This document shows, one piece after another, positions 52,931-64,000 of a stretch of DNA of 64,000 bases (position 1 is the stretch's first letter; every line of letters starts with the position of its first letter). The position numbers and the translations under genes were made by a program. The stretch lies in NCBI GenBank assembly GCA_951406725.2, contig OX597830.1, positions 40,734,001-40,798,000 of the forward strand, in the 5' to 3' direction. The notes below the pieces were generated by a model. The model was not told the origin of the DNA and searched no databases. It saw nothing but the letters and a program-made list of their open reading frames with translations. Source of the stretch: Octopus vulgaris. Lineage: Eukaryota.

Positions 52931-54825
52931 TTCTTCTTATTATTATTATTATTATTATTTAATAGCAGTTTGATTCAGCTCCATGCAACTTACAAGCTCA
53001 TCAGATTTAGGCAATTCAGTCACCTAGGCCTGAAGAGCTAGGTTTGAACAATGAGCATACAAAATTAAGTTGTACAGAACCAAATCAAACTGTTACTAAA
53101 TAATAAAATATGTAATTCCTACCAAAGTGTGTGTGTGTGCATACATATGTAGGAGTATGTGTGTGTCATTGTGTTTGCTTTTGACCCCACCACCACTTAA
53201 TAATCAGTGTTGGTTTGTTTACATTCCTGCAACTTTAAATCAGACACTGATAGGATAATTTAAAATAAAAATAGGGGTCAATTTGTTCGATTGAACCCTC
53301 AAAGGCATTCCTGTAGCGTGGCTGCTGTCCAGTGACTGAAACAAGTAACAGATAAAAGAAAGATGTTTAATGGTTTCACTTAGCTGGCAAGAACAGAAGG
53401 GACAGAGTTTGTGACCAACTCAGATGCCTCCCCCCTCCCCCATCCTTCACTACCCACCCCATTCCACCACTACCCACTCAGAAACTGGTGAGATTGAAAC
53501 AATGTTGAGTTTGAACACTGCTGAGTTGACATCTGTGGCTGCTGCTGCTAGTGGTGATGGTGATGGTGGAGACATGGAAAGGAAAAATTTCTAGAGAGTT
53601 GGCACCCTGGTGTGGAAGGATTGAGATGCCTGGGAAAAATGGTTAGTGTGAGATCTGAGAAGTATCACTCAGAACAAGTAATGAGAAGGGAGTTGGGTGT
53701 GTCAGATGGAGTTCAGCAAAAGAGACTGATAGAATAAGTACTAAGCTTAAAAAGAAAAAGTACCAGGGTTGATTCATTTGGCTAAAAACTCTTCAAGGTG
53801 GTGCCCCAGCACAACCACAGTCTAATGACTGAAACAAGTAAAAAAAATAAGGTATCTTCTATATACAACTCCTTTGTCAAAAATGTTGAAAGTAAACCAT
53901 GTTCAGCATGAGAAATTACATCAGTATACGAAGTTTCAAACTGTTTAGTTAAAAAAAATAATTTTAAAATCTGTGATTATAACTGAAGAGATCCACTGTC
54001 TTCTTTCCTCCAGGGCTGGTAAAATAAAATACCAGTCATATACCAGGGAAAAATTTATTCAATTAAATCTTTCGTCACATTTCTGACCTTATGCCAGAAA
54101 TTTTTATCTATTTGTGTCTATTTGTTTTTTAAACTGGAAACTGAGACCAAAATGTATTTATCTTTATCATTAGACAGGAAAATCCCCCTACCACTTCGGT
54201 TTTGAACCCTTTTCACTTAGAGCTCAGTTATTTTCCAATAAACAGTGATTCTTACACACAATCAGCTCTCTTCTTCCTTTACTCCGCCATCATAAACTTG
54301 TCCAACCATGCTCCAACCCAACAAAATTAAAAGCATTATTCAGCATAGCAATTTGCATTGACACCAGGGACGAGCATAATATAATAAAATTCAAAATAGT
54401 AACAATTAATATCGCAATTTATTCCAAATCCAATTAAAACTTTTTAGTTTAATTAATTTAATAAAAATCAATGAAAATTCATAGCTTTTCAAATATGATA
54501 GTTCTTTAGCAATGGTATTGCATATCACATTTTGTAATAACAACATTCTGTGTATTTCCATTGCAATCAATGAAATAAATGTAATACAACAATACAGTTT
54601 GCTGTACTTCACTGTCACACCATGCCGTGTTATACCATGATCTCAGTATTACACAAGCCATGCTATATCTCAGTATCCTGGCCAACAAGGAAGCCTCTAT
54701 CTCAATGACCGTCAACTGTTTTTTTAGCCTTCTGGCCCCTTTGGTTCCTATTTTATTCAGATAGACTTTCATAACCATTCAATGTTTAACAAAATCCTAT
54801 TTATAAATGGGATATATTATTTATA

Positions 54826-55052
54826 CAGGGTTGGCCAAAAGTCACCTGATCAGTAAATCAAAATTTATTTCCCAGATTTATTTATGTATAATAACTGAAT
54901 GAATTTAATAAAAGCATCTAAATATGAAACATCATGGAAATTGTTCAAACTGAAGTCCTTGAGCGACACATTTTTCCATTCAAGCAAAGCAGAATTACAG
55001 ATGGTATTTATGGAATTTTGATTTACTGTCGAGCAACTTTTGGCTAAAGTTG
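54826..55052. mobile_element. Tc1/mariner-like MITE
   Basis: Imperfect TIRs cagggttggccaaaagt...cagtaaatcaaaatt / aattttgatttactg...acttttggctaaagttg, TA flanks. Confidence 0.7.
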
Positions 55053-56220
55053 TAAATAATAGAAATATTATTAAAATCCTATTAATGAATATTATTAGAA
55101 ATTGTATATAAAAATTTTTAATATTTTACATAGTGTAGAAATATAACCAATTTATTTCACATAAACTCTAACAACAAATTCTTATATGGGTCCTCAAGTG
55201 TCATATGAACCCCATTGAGAACCATTGCCTATACAGTCACTCAGCCTGCTAGAAATAGCAGCCAGATTCATTCAAACAGTAGCATACCATCCTAACCAAA
55301 TAAAAGCATGTGGGGTGATGTAGTCTTAGATTCAGAAAATATACGAGAATGCAGTATAGTCAAATGATTTAGAAGTTTGCTCAGCAATAATGATGTCCCA
55401 GGTTCAATCTCACTGTGTAGCATCATGGGGAAAGTGTCTTGAGTTAACCCAAACCTTGTGAGAGAAACTGGAGAGTCAGAAACTGTATGGAGGCCTACAA
55501 GAAGGATTAAACCTGGAATTGTAAGCTCCAGTCTATGTCATGGGATTGCACCCTAAATTACATTAAGGGTACCCATGTCTGTGGAGTACTCAACCACTTA
55601 GGTGTAAAGTCAGTGAGCAGGTAGTTTAGATGAGCAAACAATTAAATACTCATTGCCAAAACTGATGATCTATTGTTTTATAAATACAAAACAGGATGGT
55701 CCCAGCTGGAATGCATTTGATCATAGGTCTGTCGAAGTAAATTTTACTCAGGGCTAAACAACAGTAACACCATATTTCAGTATCATGCCACAGCATACCT
55801 CAGTATCTTGCCATGCTATGTCTCATCTCAATATTCACTTCAGTCATGTTATATTGAGGATTATTTTATTATAAAACATGAACTATCTTAAATCCAATAG
55901 CATATGAATTGATGGAGATTTGGCTATTATTTTTGAGCAGGTCAAGTAATTATGAAGAAGTTCCTGCCTTGCCTCATATATATATATATACACATATATA
56001 TATATTTGTTGAAATAGAAAGATGAATTTTCTTGTAACAGATTATTCAAAGGTTTAACCGATACCTGGGTAGCAAAAATCACAGCGGAAAACAGCACGGT
56101 TGGAGATAAGACCATTTGGTGTTGCAACCGTGCGTTGGAGCGGATAATTGAAGTTTAATATTATTAGTGAATGGAATAAATGGAGTTGAACGAAGATTGT
56201 ACAGAATACCTTTTATTACA

Positions 56221-56300
56221 TTCTACACATGTTTCGAAGGCCACAAATTTCCAAATTCTGTTTAAATAAGGGTACCATATTGCGGCTTTCTCTTCAGGAA
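56221..56300 (-). ncRNA. Type-I hammerhead motif, left-arm copy
   Basis: Reverse complement of 56476-56555. Confidence 0.65.
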
Positions 56301-56475
56301 AAAAAACAGGAATTCCGTTGAGAGGACAAAACAAAACAGAGGCACAGCAATTCGAACGAAGATGCTCCTTAGGAGCCCATGGCTGAACTGTTCAGCCATG
56401 GGCCTAAGGAGCATCTTCGTTCGAATTGCTGTGCCTCTGTTTTGTTTTGTCCTCTCAATGGAATTCCTGTTTTTT

Positions 56476-56555
56476 TTCCTGAAGAGAAAGCCGCAATATG
56501 GTACCCTTATTTAAACAGAATTTGGAAATTTGTGGCCTTCGAAACATGTGTAGAA
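56476..56555 (+). ncRNA. Type-I hammerhead motif with intact core, right-arm copy
   Basis: ttc-CTGAAGA-GAAAGCCGCAA-(~33 nt)-TTGTGGCCTTC-GAAA-CATGTG-TA-gaa, followed by AATAAA. Confidence 0.65.
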
Positions 56556-56876
56556 TGTAATAAAAGGTATTCTGTACAATCTTCGTTCAACTCCATTTAT
56601 TCCATTCACTAATACATATATATATGTCCCTAACATTATACTATTTCTCACATGTTTAAGTGTTACACTTTTAGCAAGCTTAACTGAGGAAGGAAACTAA
56701 AGACATGTAACGAAACCTCAGTTTACAAAAGCCTCTCATTATGAACAAATTGGTTTATAAACAATTTCTGAATCCCATTAGTTGTTTGAGTAACACCTAA
56801 TAAATGGGTGCTTGAGCTGTTAGAAGCAACATCCAAAATTTCCTTCATATCACATTTGAGGAAATTAAATGATACA

Positions 56877-57197
56877 CAGTGGAACTTCAGTTTATGAACA
56901 CCTCCTGTCACAAACAAATTGGTTTACAAACAATTTTTTCATACACAAAACATCTCAGGTGATGAACAGTATCATGGTTAATAAAGATGCAAGCCAGCAA
57001 CAACAGTTGGCAACAAGCTGATAGTCCCAGCAGGAGAGTATCTGTTGCTGTCTAATTTTTGCTCAGTACACACCCATGCTTGAATTCATCATGCCTTCTC
57101 TTGAATTTCTGATAGGAAAAATAGTTTCAGTTTATGAACATTCGGATTATAAACAGCCTTCAGCATTGAATTAAATTTGTAAACCGAAGTTCCACAG
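56877..57197. mobile_element. Tigger/pogo-like MITE
   Basis: TIR cagtggaacttcagtttatgaa / ttgtaaaccgaagttccacag followed by TA. Confidence 0.7.
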
Positions 57198-57625
57198 TAA
57201 TTGAAATTTCTGACATAAATGATACAACCTTGACTATGGAAGGAAATCAAAGACACAATGAAAATCTTTAACATAATGAAACAATGTCAAGAAGATCTGT
57301 AAATATATCACTGAAAATAAGACAACATCTAAGAATTGTGGAACTTCCAAATGCTCCATTAGTGCTTATCATTATCTTTGCTGAGAGTATTATCTTTGCA
57401 GAGTTATTAGGGTATCAAAATAAGTGCTCTATCCTATTTCTTCCAGCTCTTTCCGTTCCAAGTTCAAATCCCATCAAGGTCAACTTTACCTTTCATTCTT
57501 TTGGTGGTCAAGAAAATAAGGTACCAGTTAAGTACTGGGGGTCAGTGATATCAACTGACTCCCTTCTCTTCAAAATTGCTGACCTTGTGCCTAGATTAGA
57601 CATCATTATTATTATTGCAACAATA

Positions 57626-57691
<66 letters not shown>

Positions 57692-57793
57692 GTAATGATA
57701 ATAGTAATAATCCTTTCTATTATAGACACAAGGCCTGAAATTTGGGAGGAGGGGACTCGTAAATTACAACTGTTTCTCTATTATCTATTTTAA

Positions 57794-58011
57794 CCTTTTT
57801 GTTACCATATTTCTGTTGAGATGCTCTGTGTTTCTTTCAATTAATTTTAAATGTAACAAAGAATTTAGTAAAATAACTTATCATTAAGCTAGTGTTAGAA
57901 ACATAAATTGTGACTAAGGTTTGGTGGAAGATTTTAATTCAGAACTTATGAAAACAAGACATTTGTACTACAGTGCCAGATGCAGTTTCAGCCAGGTTGG
58001 TAATGAAAGGG
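57794..58011. mobile_element. piggyBac-like MITE (16533 family)
   Basis: ttaa-cctttttgttacc...ggtaatgaaaggg; internal sequence matches 16560-16775. Confidence 0.8.
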
Positions 58012-58051
58012 ATAAGTTAGAAAAAAACTAAAAAACATAGACTTTGCAATA

Positions 58052-58618
58052 TTATGCCAACACTATGGAATAACAACAGAAAAAAGATGGTATAGGCACA
58101 CACCAGAAAAGGTCACGGAAAATGAGAAAGCAACCATACTCTGGGATATGCCAATACAGTGAGAGAGAGAAATTAAGGCCAAAATACCAGATATAGTTGT
58201 CAGACATCAACAAGAAAAAAAAGTGCTTTCTAGTCGATGTATGACTATCAACAGATGACAATGTTTCTCTAAAAGAAATGGAGAAACTATCAAAATACAA
58301 AGACCTGGAAATAAAGGTAACTTGAATGTGGGGTCTAAAAACAGAAACAATTCCTATAGTAGGTACATTAGGTATGATAAAAAAAAATATTCAGACAAAT
58401 ATATAACAAAAACATAAGGACTAACAAGTATATATAACATACAGAAAATAGAACTACTAGGCACTGCACAGATCCTATGTATACAATGAAAATAAGAGCA
58501 CTACAACAAACCACAGCACATACCCAATGTATACAGAGCTGCATTTGGTAGTGAAGAGAAAGCAGTGATAAAAACAAGACTACAGAATAATAATAATGAT
58601 AATAATAATAATAATAAT
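58052..58618 (+). mobile_element. Second R4/Dong-type RLE retrotransposon 3' end with (TAA)n tail
   Basis: CQHYGITTEKRWYRHTPEKVTENEKATILWDMPIQ*EREIKAKIPDIVVR...KYKDLEI...IQKIELLGTA. Confidence 0.85.
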
Positions 58619-59337
58619 GTTTTGAAATTTTGGCACAAAGGCAGCAACCTTGTGGGAGGGTGCAAGTTAATTACATTGACCCAGTTGCTCAACTGGTACT
58701 TATTTTATTGACCCTGAAAGGCAAAGTTGATCCTGGCAGCATTTGAACTCAACATAAAATAGGAAGAAATGTTGCTAAGCATTTTGCCAGTTTGCTGCTT
58801 TCGTAATGATACTAATAATAATGTGCATGTTTTTTTTTTTTTTTTTTTTTTTACATTTTTGATAACCATGAGCATTCTTAACCTCCCATTCTTGTGTGAA
58901 GAAAGAAAATTTGTGATGCCAGTTCAGGTTAATCAAGATCAAGGCTTATCAGATGGAGAATGTTATCAAAGACCACCAAGAAAGGAAGTACCTCCTAATA
59001 AATAATTCAGTTCCAGCACATGATAATACATCTGTAGAATATAAATATCTAGAAATAGTGATAACCAGGGTGTGTGTTTGTGAACAAACAACTCTTTATA
59101 ATAAATCATGCATTGGGAATGATTTTTAAAACAAAGATGCAGTCATATACATAACAAAAATCCAAACACATATGCAAAAGTACAAGATAGAGAAAATACG
59201 GTTAACATGCAATATACCATTGTAAAAAAAGTGAAAGTAAATTATCCTAAAAAAATAAAAGTAAATTGTAATAGAAACCAGAAGTGACAACAGTGACCAA
59301 CCATAATCTCATGTAAACAATGTGACATAATCATTAG

Positions 59338-59498
59338 GTGTGGGAGTGGCTGTGTGGTAAGTAGCTTGCTTACTAACCACATGGTTCCAGGTTCAGTCCC
59401 ACTGCGTGGCACCTTGGGCAAGTGTCTTCTACTATAGCCTCGGGCCAACCAAAGCCTTGTGAGTGGATTTGGTAGATGGAAACTGAAAGAAGCCTGTC

Positions 59499-59580
<82 letters not shown>

Positions 59581-59770
59581 GTCCAACATCGCTTGACAAC
59601 CAATGTTGGTGTGTTTACATCCATGTAAATTAGTGGTTCGGCAAAAGAGACCGATAGAATAAGTACTAGGCTTACAAAGAATAAGTCCTGGGGTCAATTT
59701 GCTCGACTAAAGGTGGTGCTCCAGCATGGTCACAGTCAAATGACTGAAACAAGTAAAAGAGTAAAAGAGA
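59338..59770 (+). mobile_element. Full-length tRNA-derived SINE with internal (TA)n(TG)n
   Basis: A box tggctgtgtgg, B box ggttcagtccc, 3' end gactgaaacaagtaaaagagtaaaagag; many partial copies across the window. Confidence 0.9.
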
Positions 59771-61565
59771 ATGAGCGTATAGAATGTACATTTATTTAAG
59801 ATAACATGAAAAAAAGTACATATATTTTATATAAGATGGAAGCAATCACAGTTACAGAAACATTTGATAATCACTGATACATGAAATGAGATTCATAAAT
59901 AGTATTTCATGACATCTAAATATATTCGGCAACACATAGTTTGTGCATGGATGCTGTTATCATTTGGATCAACAAAATTGAATGAATGATTAACAACATC
60001 ATGCATACAAAAGTTGCTGAGATCCACATAGGAAACCCATCACTATCATCGCTTCTGGTTTCTATCACAATATCACAATTTACTTTCACTTTTTAGGACT
60101 ATTTACTTTCACTTTCTTTTATGATGGCAAACAGAACGTCAATCAAAAGTAGTCCTGTTAGTCACTGCACACACGTTATTATGTAATATATCATCAACAC
60201 AATATAAAAGATACTGCATAAACCCAAAACAGAAAACAAAACTATACTTGGTTGTGCAATGAAAGCACATCACATCAAAAATAAGACCACAGAAACAATA
60301 ACTGCTTCCAATAAAGGCACAAGACCAGAAATTGGGATGGTGATGATGGTGGTGGTGTTGGTGGTGAGGGGGGGGGTACAGTCAATTAAATTGACTTCAG
60401 TACTTTATTTTGTCAACCCTGGAAGGATGAAAGGCAAAGCTAACCTCAACAAAGGGGTGGGTTGGGGTTCATAAAATTTATTGTTTTTCAAGCGGGTTTT
60501 CTTTTGGTTTTTTGTTGTTTTGTTTTTTTCTACAAAATAAATTTTGTCTTGCTTTGTTGTTCGTTTCAACTCTTATCTTCAAATGCCATTTTCAGTCTTG
60601 ATTCATTTTATGTTCTAAAACTTTATATTTAATTTTTTTGTTTTTTCGTTGGTTTTTTTTTCAATTCCAAATGCTTGACAAGTATTATTTTGATTTATCC
60701 ATATCAGACGCTACAGTTTATTTTGTTTCTTTTATTTTTTTTCCATATTTATTTATTTTTATACATTTATTTGTTTGTTTATTTGTTTATTTGATGTTCT
60801 TTGACACAGTTCAGTTGCTGATAAGATCTTTTATTATTATTGATAAACATCATGTTATGTTTTACACTACTTCATGCATTAAAGGTATGTACAGGCATGT
60901 AGATAGGTGCATACATACACAGACACAGAGGTTTATATTAAATATTTATAGTTAAATGATGATGAACATGCTGATGATGATCATCATCATGATCATGATG
61001 GTGATGATTTACTCTTGCTCATGTATTGAGTATTTTTTTTTGCTTTTCCGTTAACACTTTGTTCAGTTATTATCATGTATATGATCACATAACCTCACTT
61101 GCAAGCACCACTACTGGCTGACTGACTCTACCAGTGCATCCTTAGTTTTAAAATAGGGTCACCCTGTCTCTGCATGTTGTGGGAGGCATCTAAAAGGGTT
61201 GGCAACAAGAAGGGGATCCAGCTACCTCAAAAAAACCTGTCAAACCATAGTTGAGCAGGTGAAAATGGAGATGATAAAGTGATGATAATTACCTGCCTTT
61301 TTGTTGAAACTTTCTTTCTATTTTCCTACATAAACTATGAAAGCAAATCTTTCTCCACTGGTTGAATAAACAATTGAGGGAATCTTAAAATCCCAGTTGA
61401 CATACACTGCACTACATATATATATGTATATATATATATATATCAAAATCCCATTCAGTCTTGTGTAACATCATGTATTCTCATCCAATATGGAGATAAG
61501 TAGCAACACATCCATGTGGTACATTTGAACATGAAACCACTGGTTGCCTTCTTAACCCACAAATA

Positions 61566-61618
<53 letters not shown>

Positions 61619-61688
61619 AGTATGTATATTCTTTTATTCTTTCATTTGTTTCAGTCATTTGACTGCTGCCAAATCAATGGTACTTGTT

Positions 61689-62137
61689 TTATTTACATTT
61701 GACAGATATTTGTCCTCAACATACAAGATGAGGACAAATATCCGTCAAATGTAAATAATGTAAATAATGTACATAATTCATCATCTCTCAAATATAGAAC
61801 TGTCTCATGTTGTTTGTTGTTAGCATAACATTTCAGCTGATTTACTCTCCAGCCTTCATTAGGCATCCTGGGGAAATATCGAACCAGGGTTCTCATTACT
61901 AAGGGAATTTTTCCATTCTTGTTGTTGTTATTATTATCATTATTATTCAGGTCAAACTTGAAATTTTGAATTTAGAATCAAACTTGAAATTTTGGGTTAA
62001 ATAGCTCACACTCTTAACCACTACGCCACATGCCTGTGGGCATGTGGTGTAGTGGTTAACAACAAACAAGATGAGGACAAATATCCGTCAAATGTACATA
62101 ATGTACATAATTCCTCATCTCTCAAATATAGAACTGT
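61689..62137. mobile_element. Rearranged putative Penelope-like remnant with direct and inverted termini, degenerate hammerhead (61822-61867, minus) and a tRNA-like hairpin
   Basis: IR 61689-61718/61729-61758; direct repeat 61723-61803/62065-62137; gc-CTAATGA-A-GGCTG-..-CAGCT-GAAA-TG-TT; hairpin 62014-62059. Confidence 0.6.
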
Positions 62138-62274
62138 AGAACTTGTTTTATCAAGCTTCAAAAGGATGAAAAGCAAAGTCAGTCCTGGAATTTGAACTTC
62201 AAATGTAATGATATAGAAGAAATGCTGCTGAGCAGTTTGTCTCTAATACTAACAATTCTGCCAACATACCACCC

Positions 62275-62329
<55 letters not shown>

Positions 62330-63900
62330 TATAAATGAATAAATAAATTAATTAGCTTTGTGGATTTAGTTTCAGGGCTTTCTTGTAGTGCATATTTTAG
62401 TGAAGAAGAAACAGATTCAGAATTGCAAAAATGTTTACGACATCAACATGCATTATCATTCAGAATAATGAAATCGGTAAATGTTTGTGTTCCGAAACAC
62501 ATGGATTAATCATGTATGAGGGACATGATCCCAGTTACATGATTAATTCAAATGGTGGAATTTTAGCAAAACAGTAAAATCTGAAGTAGAAAGAAAAAAA
62601 AAGATGGATGGGGGGGTGGGGATTATGTGTAAATATAGTACTATTTAATTGTATACTTTCAGATTAGTGATCAAGTTTGTATAATTCATGCCTGCATAGA
62701 GCGATAATTAAAATGATGATGATGATGATGATGATGATGCTGATAGGTAGGATGAGGGGGTGGTGATGAGGAGGACGGTTTTACTAATGCGGTGGCATTT
62801 TGCAGCAGAGATAATAATAATAACAATAGAAATATTGATGGGGGGAGGAAAAGATGGGGGTGAAGGATGACGAGGAGGAGAAGCTGCCAAGGAGAAGGAA
62901 ATAGTGATGATGAAGAGGAGGATGGTGACAATAGTAGTGATGACAGCGGTGAAGAAGAAGAAGAAGGTGATAACAACAATAGTGATGATGACGAGGAGGA
63001 GGAGGAGGAGGAGGATTATGACTGTGATGATGAGGGATTGTTGAGACAGCAATAAATGTTAGGAGAGATGCATTTACTTACAGTGTAGAAACACAGTTGA
63101 ATGGATGGAACCAACAAATAAAAGAAGGAAGAAGGAATGGAAAAGAAAGAAAGAAAGAAAGGAAAGAAAGAAATAAAGGAAGGAAGGAAGGAAAGGGAGG
63201 AAGAAAGGACTCTATAACAGAGAAAGGGAGAAAAGAGGGAAGAAAGACAAAAGGAAAAAAAGAGAGAGAAATAAGGCAGAAAAAAGCAAAGTAAAAAAAA
63301 AGGCAGAAAGAGATAATGGAAAGCAAAAAAGAAAGAAAGAAAGAAAGAAAGAAAAGGAAAACTAATTTGAACAGAAAACAGGCTCAAATCCTAGCTGGGT
63401 TGACTTAGCCTTTCATCCTTTTGAGGGAGAGATAACAATCAATGAAACTCTATAGTTGATCAAATTGACTTTCCACCCCACCCACAAAATTTTGTGGCTC
63501 TGGACCTTTTTAAATTCCATTTGAAATGGAAAGAGAAAGTTGAGAGAGACATGCTGATGCCTCCCCAGCAGATTTGTTGAAAGGTGGGCGATTGTGGTGA
63601 GGATGGCTCATGTGAGTGGGTCCACTCTAAGCTGGCACCCTTTAAAGCTGAGGAATTCAGAGGAGAGAGAGGAGCAGTTGCAATGCTACTTCCAGTGGTC
63701 CGGGGTCTATCGAGTTCTTTGGTTGGCCTTGAGTGACATTCAACCTATTGGGGATTTTGTTTGCTAAGATTTTTTGCAAACTGATAATGTTTTACTGTTG
63801 ATGCATTTCTATGTAAACCCCAAATGGCTTTTCTGTTTGATTTGTCCTAAATGTTTTTGCAGCCCTTGTGGCCAATAAAGAAAGAATTATTTATTACCAT

Positions 63901-64000
63901 TACATCTGCCTTAGCGAAAGCAGAGGTATTGTTTTCAGTCATATTTGTTTGTTTGTCCATGGACAAGATATCTCAAGAACTGCTGGATGGATTCAGATGA
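63901..64000 (+). mobile_element. Helentron/HINE-like element, cut by the window end
   Basis: Matches 50471-50570. Confidence 0.65.

Larger units (their letters stand above)
56162..56614. repeat. Near-perfect ~450-bp palindrome (arms ~226 bp) of a putative Penelope-like 3' end
   Basis: Centre gcccatggctgaac-t-gttcagccatgggc at 56389; only one substitution and one 2-nt indel seen between arms. Confidence 0.95.

Noticed and set aside
56693-56725. CTGAGGA...GAAACCTCAGTT hammerhead-like string
   Set aside because: No helix I or II; overlaps a Tigger-like TIR remnant
59338-59410. tRNA-like sequence
   Set aside because: SINE head that continues into the repeat body, with no complete cloverleaf; the same applies to the other SINE heads
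62686-63387. Acidic and K/E/R-rich ORFs
   Set aside because: Low-complexity GAG/GAT and GAAA/GGAA repeats

Overview
Eukaryotic, AT-rich and very repeat-dense DNA. The tRNA-derived SINE families, RTE and R4/Dong LINE remnants and dense (ATT)n/(ATG)n/(TA)n/(CA)n tracts point to a coleoid cephalopod, probably Octopus (inference). Nearly all ORFs in the track are microsatellite artefacts. One host exon is well supported: a 129-nt GT-AG-flanked exon of the alanyl-tRNA editing protein AARSD1/AlaX on the minus strand (11502-11630); its other exons were not found. The rest is SINEs, LINE fragments and MITEs (hAT, piggyBac-like, Tc1/pogo-like, Helentron-like, foldback). The main unexpected signal is about ten type-I hammerhead-ribozyme motifs from several unrelated Penelope-like repeat families. 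They include intact cores, extra-nucleotide variants and a U3-A8 variant, most read on the minus strand, and several sit inside long fold-back palindromes (up to ~450 bp). There is also a pre-miRNA-sized hairpin at 21415-21497. All structures were paired by eye; nothing was computed or searched.
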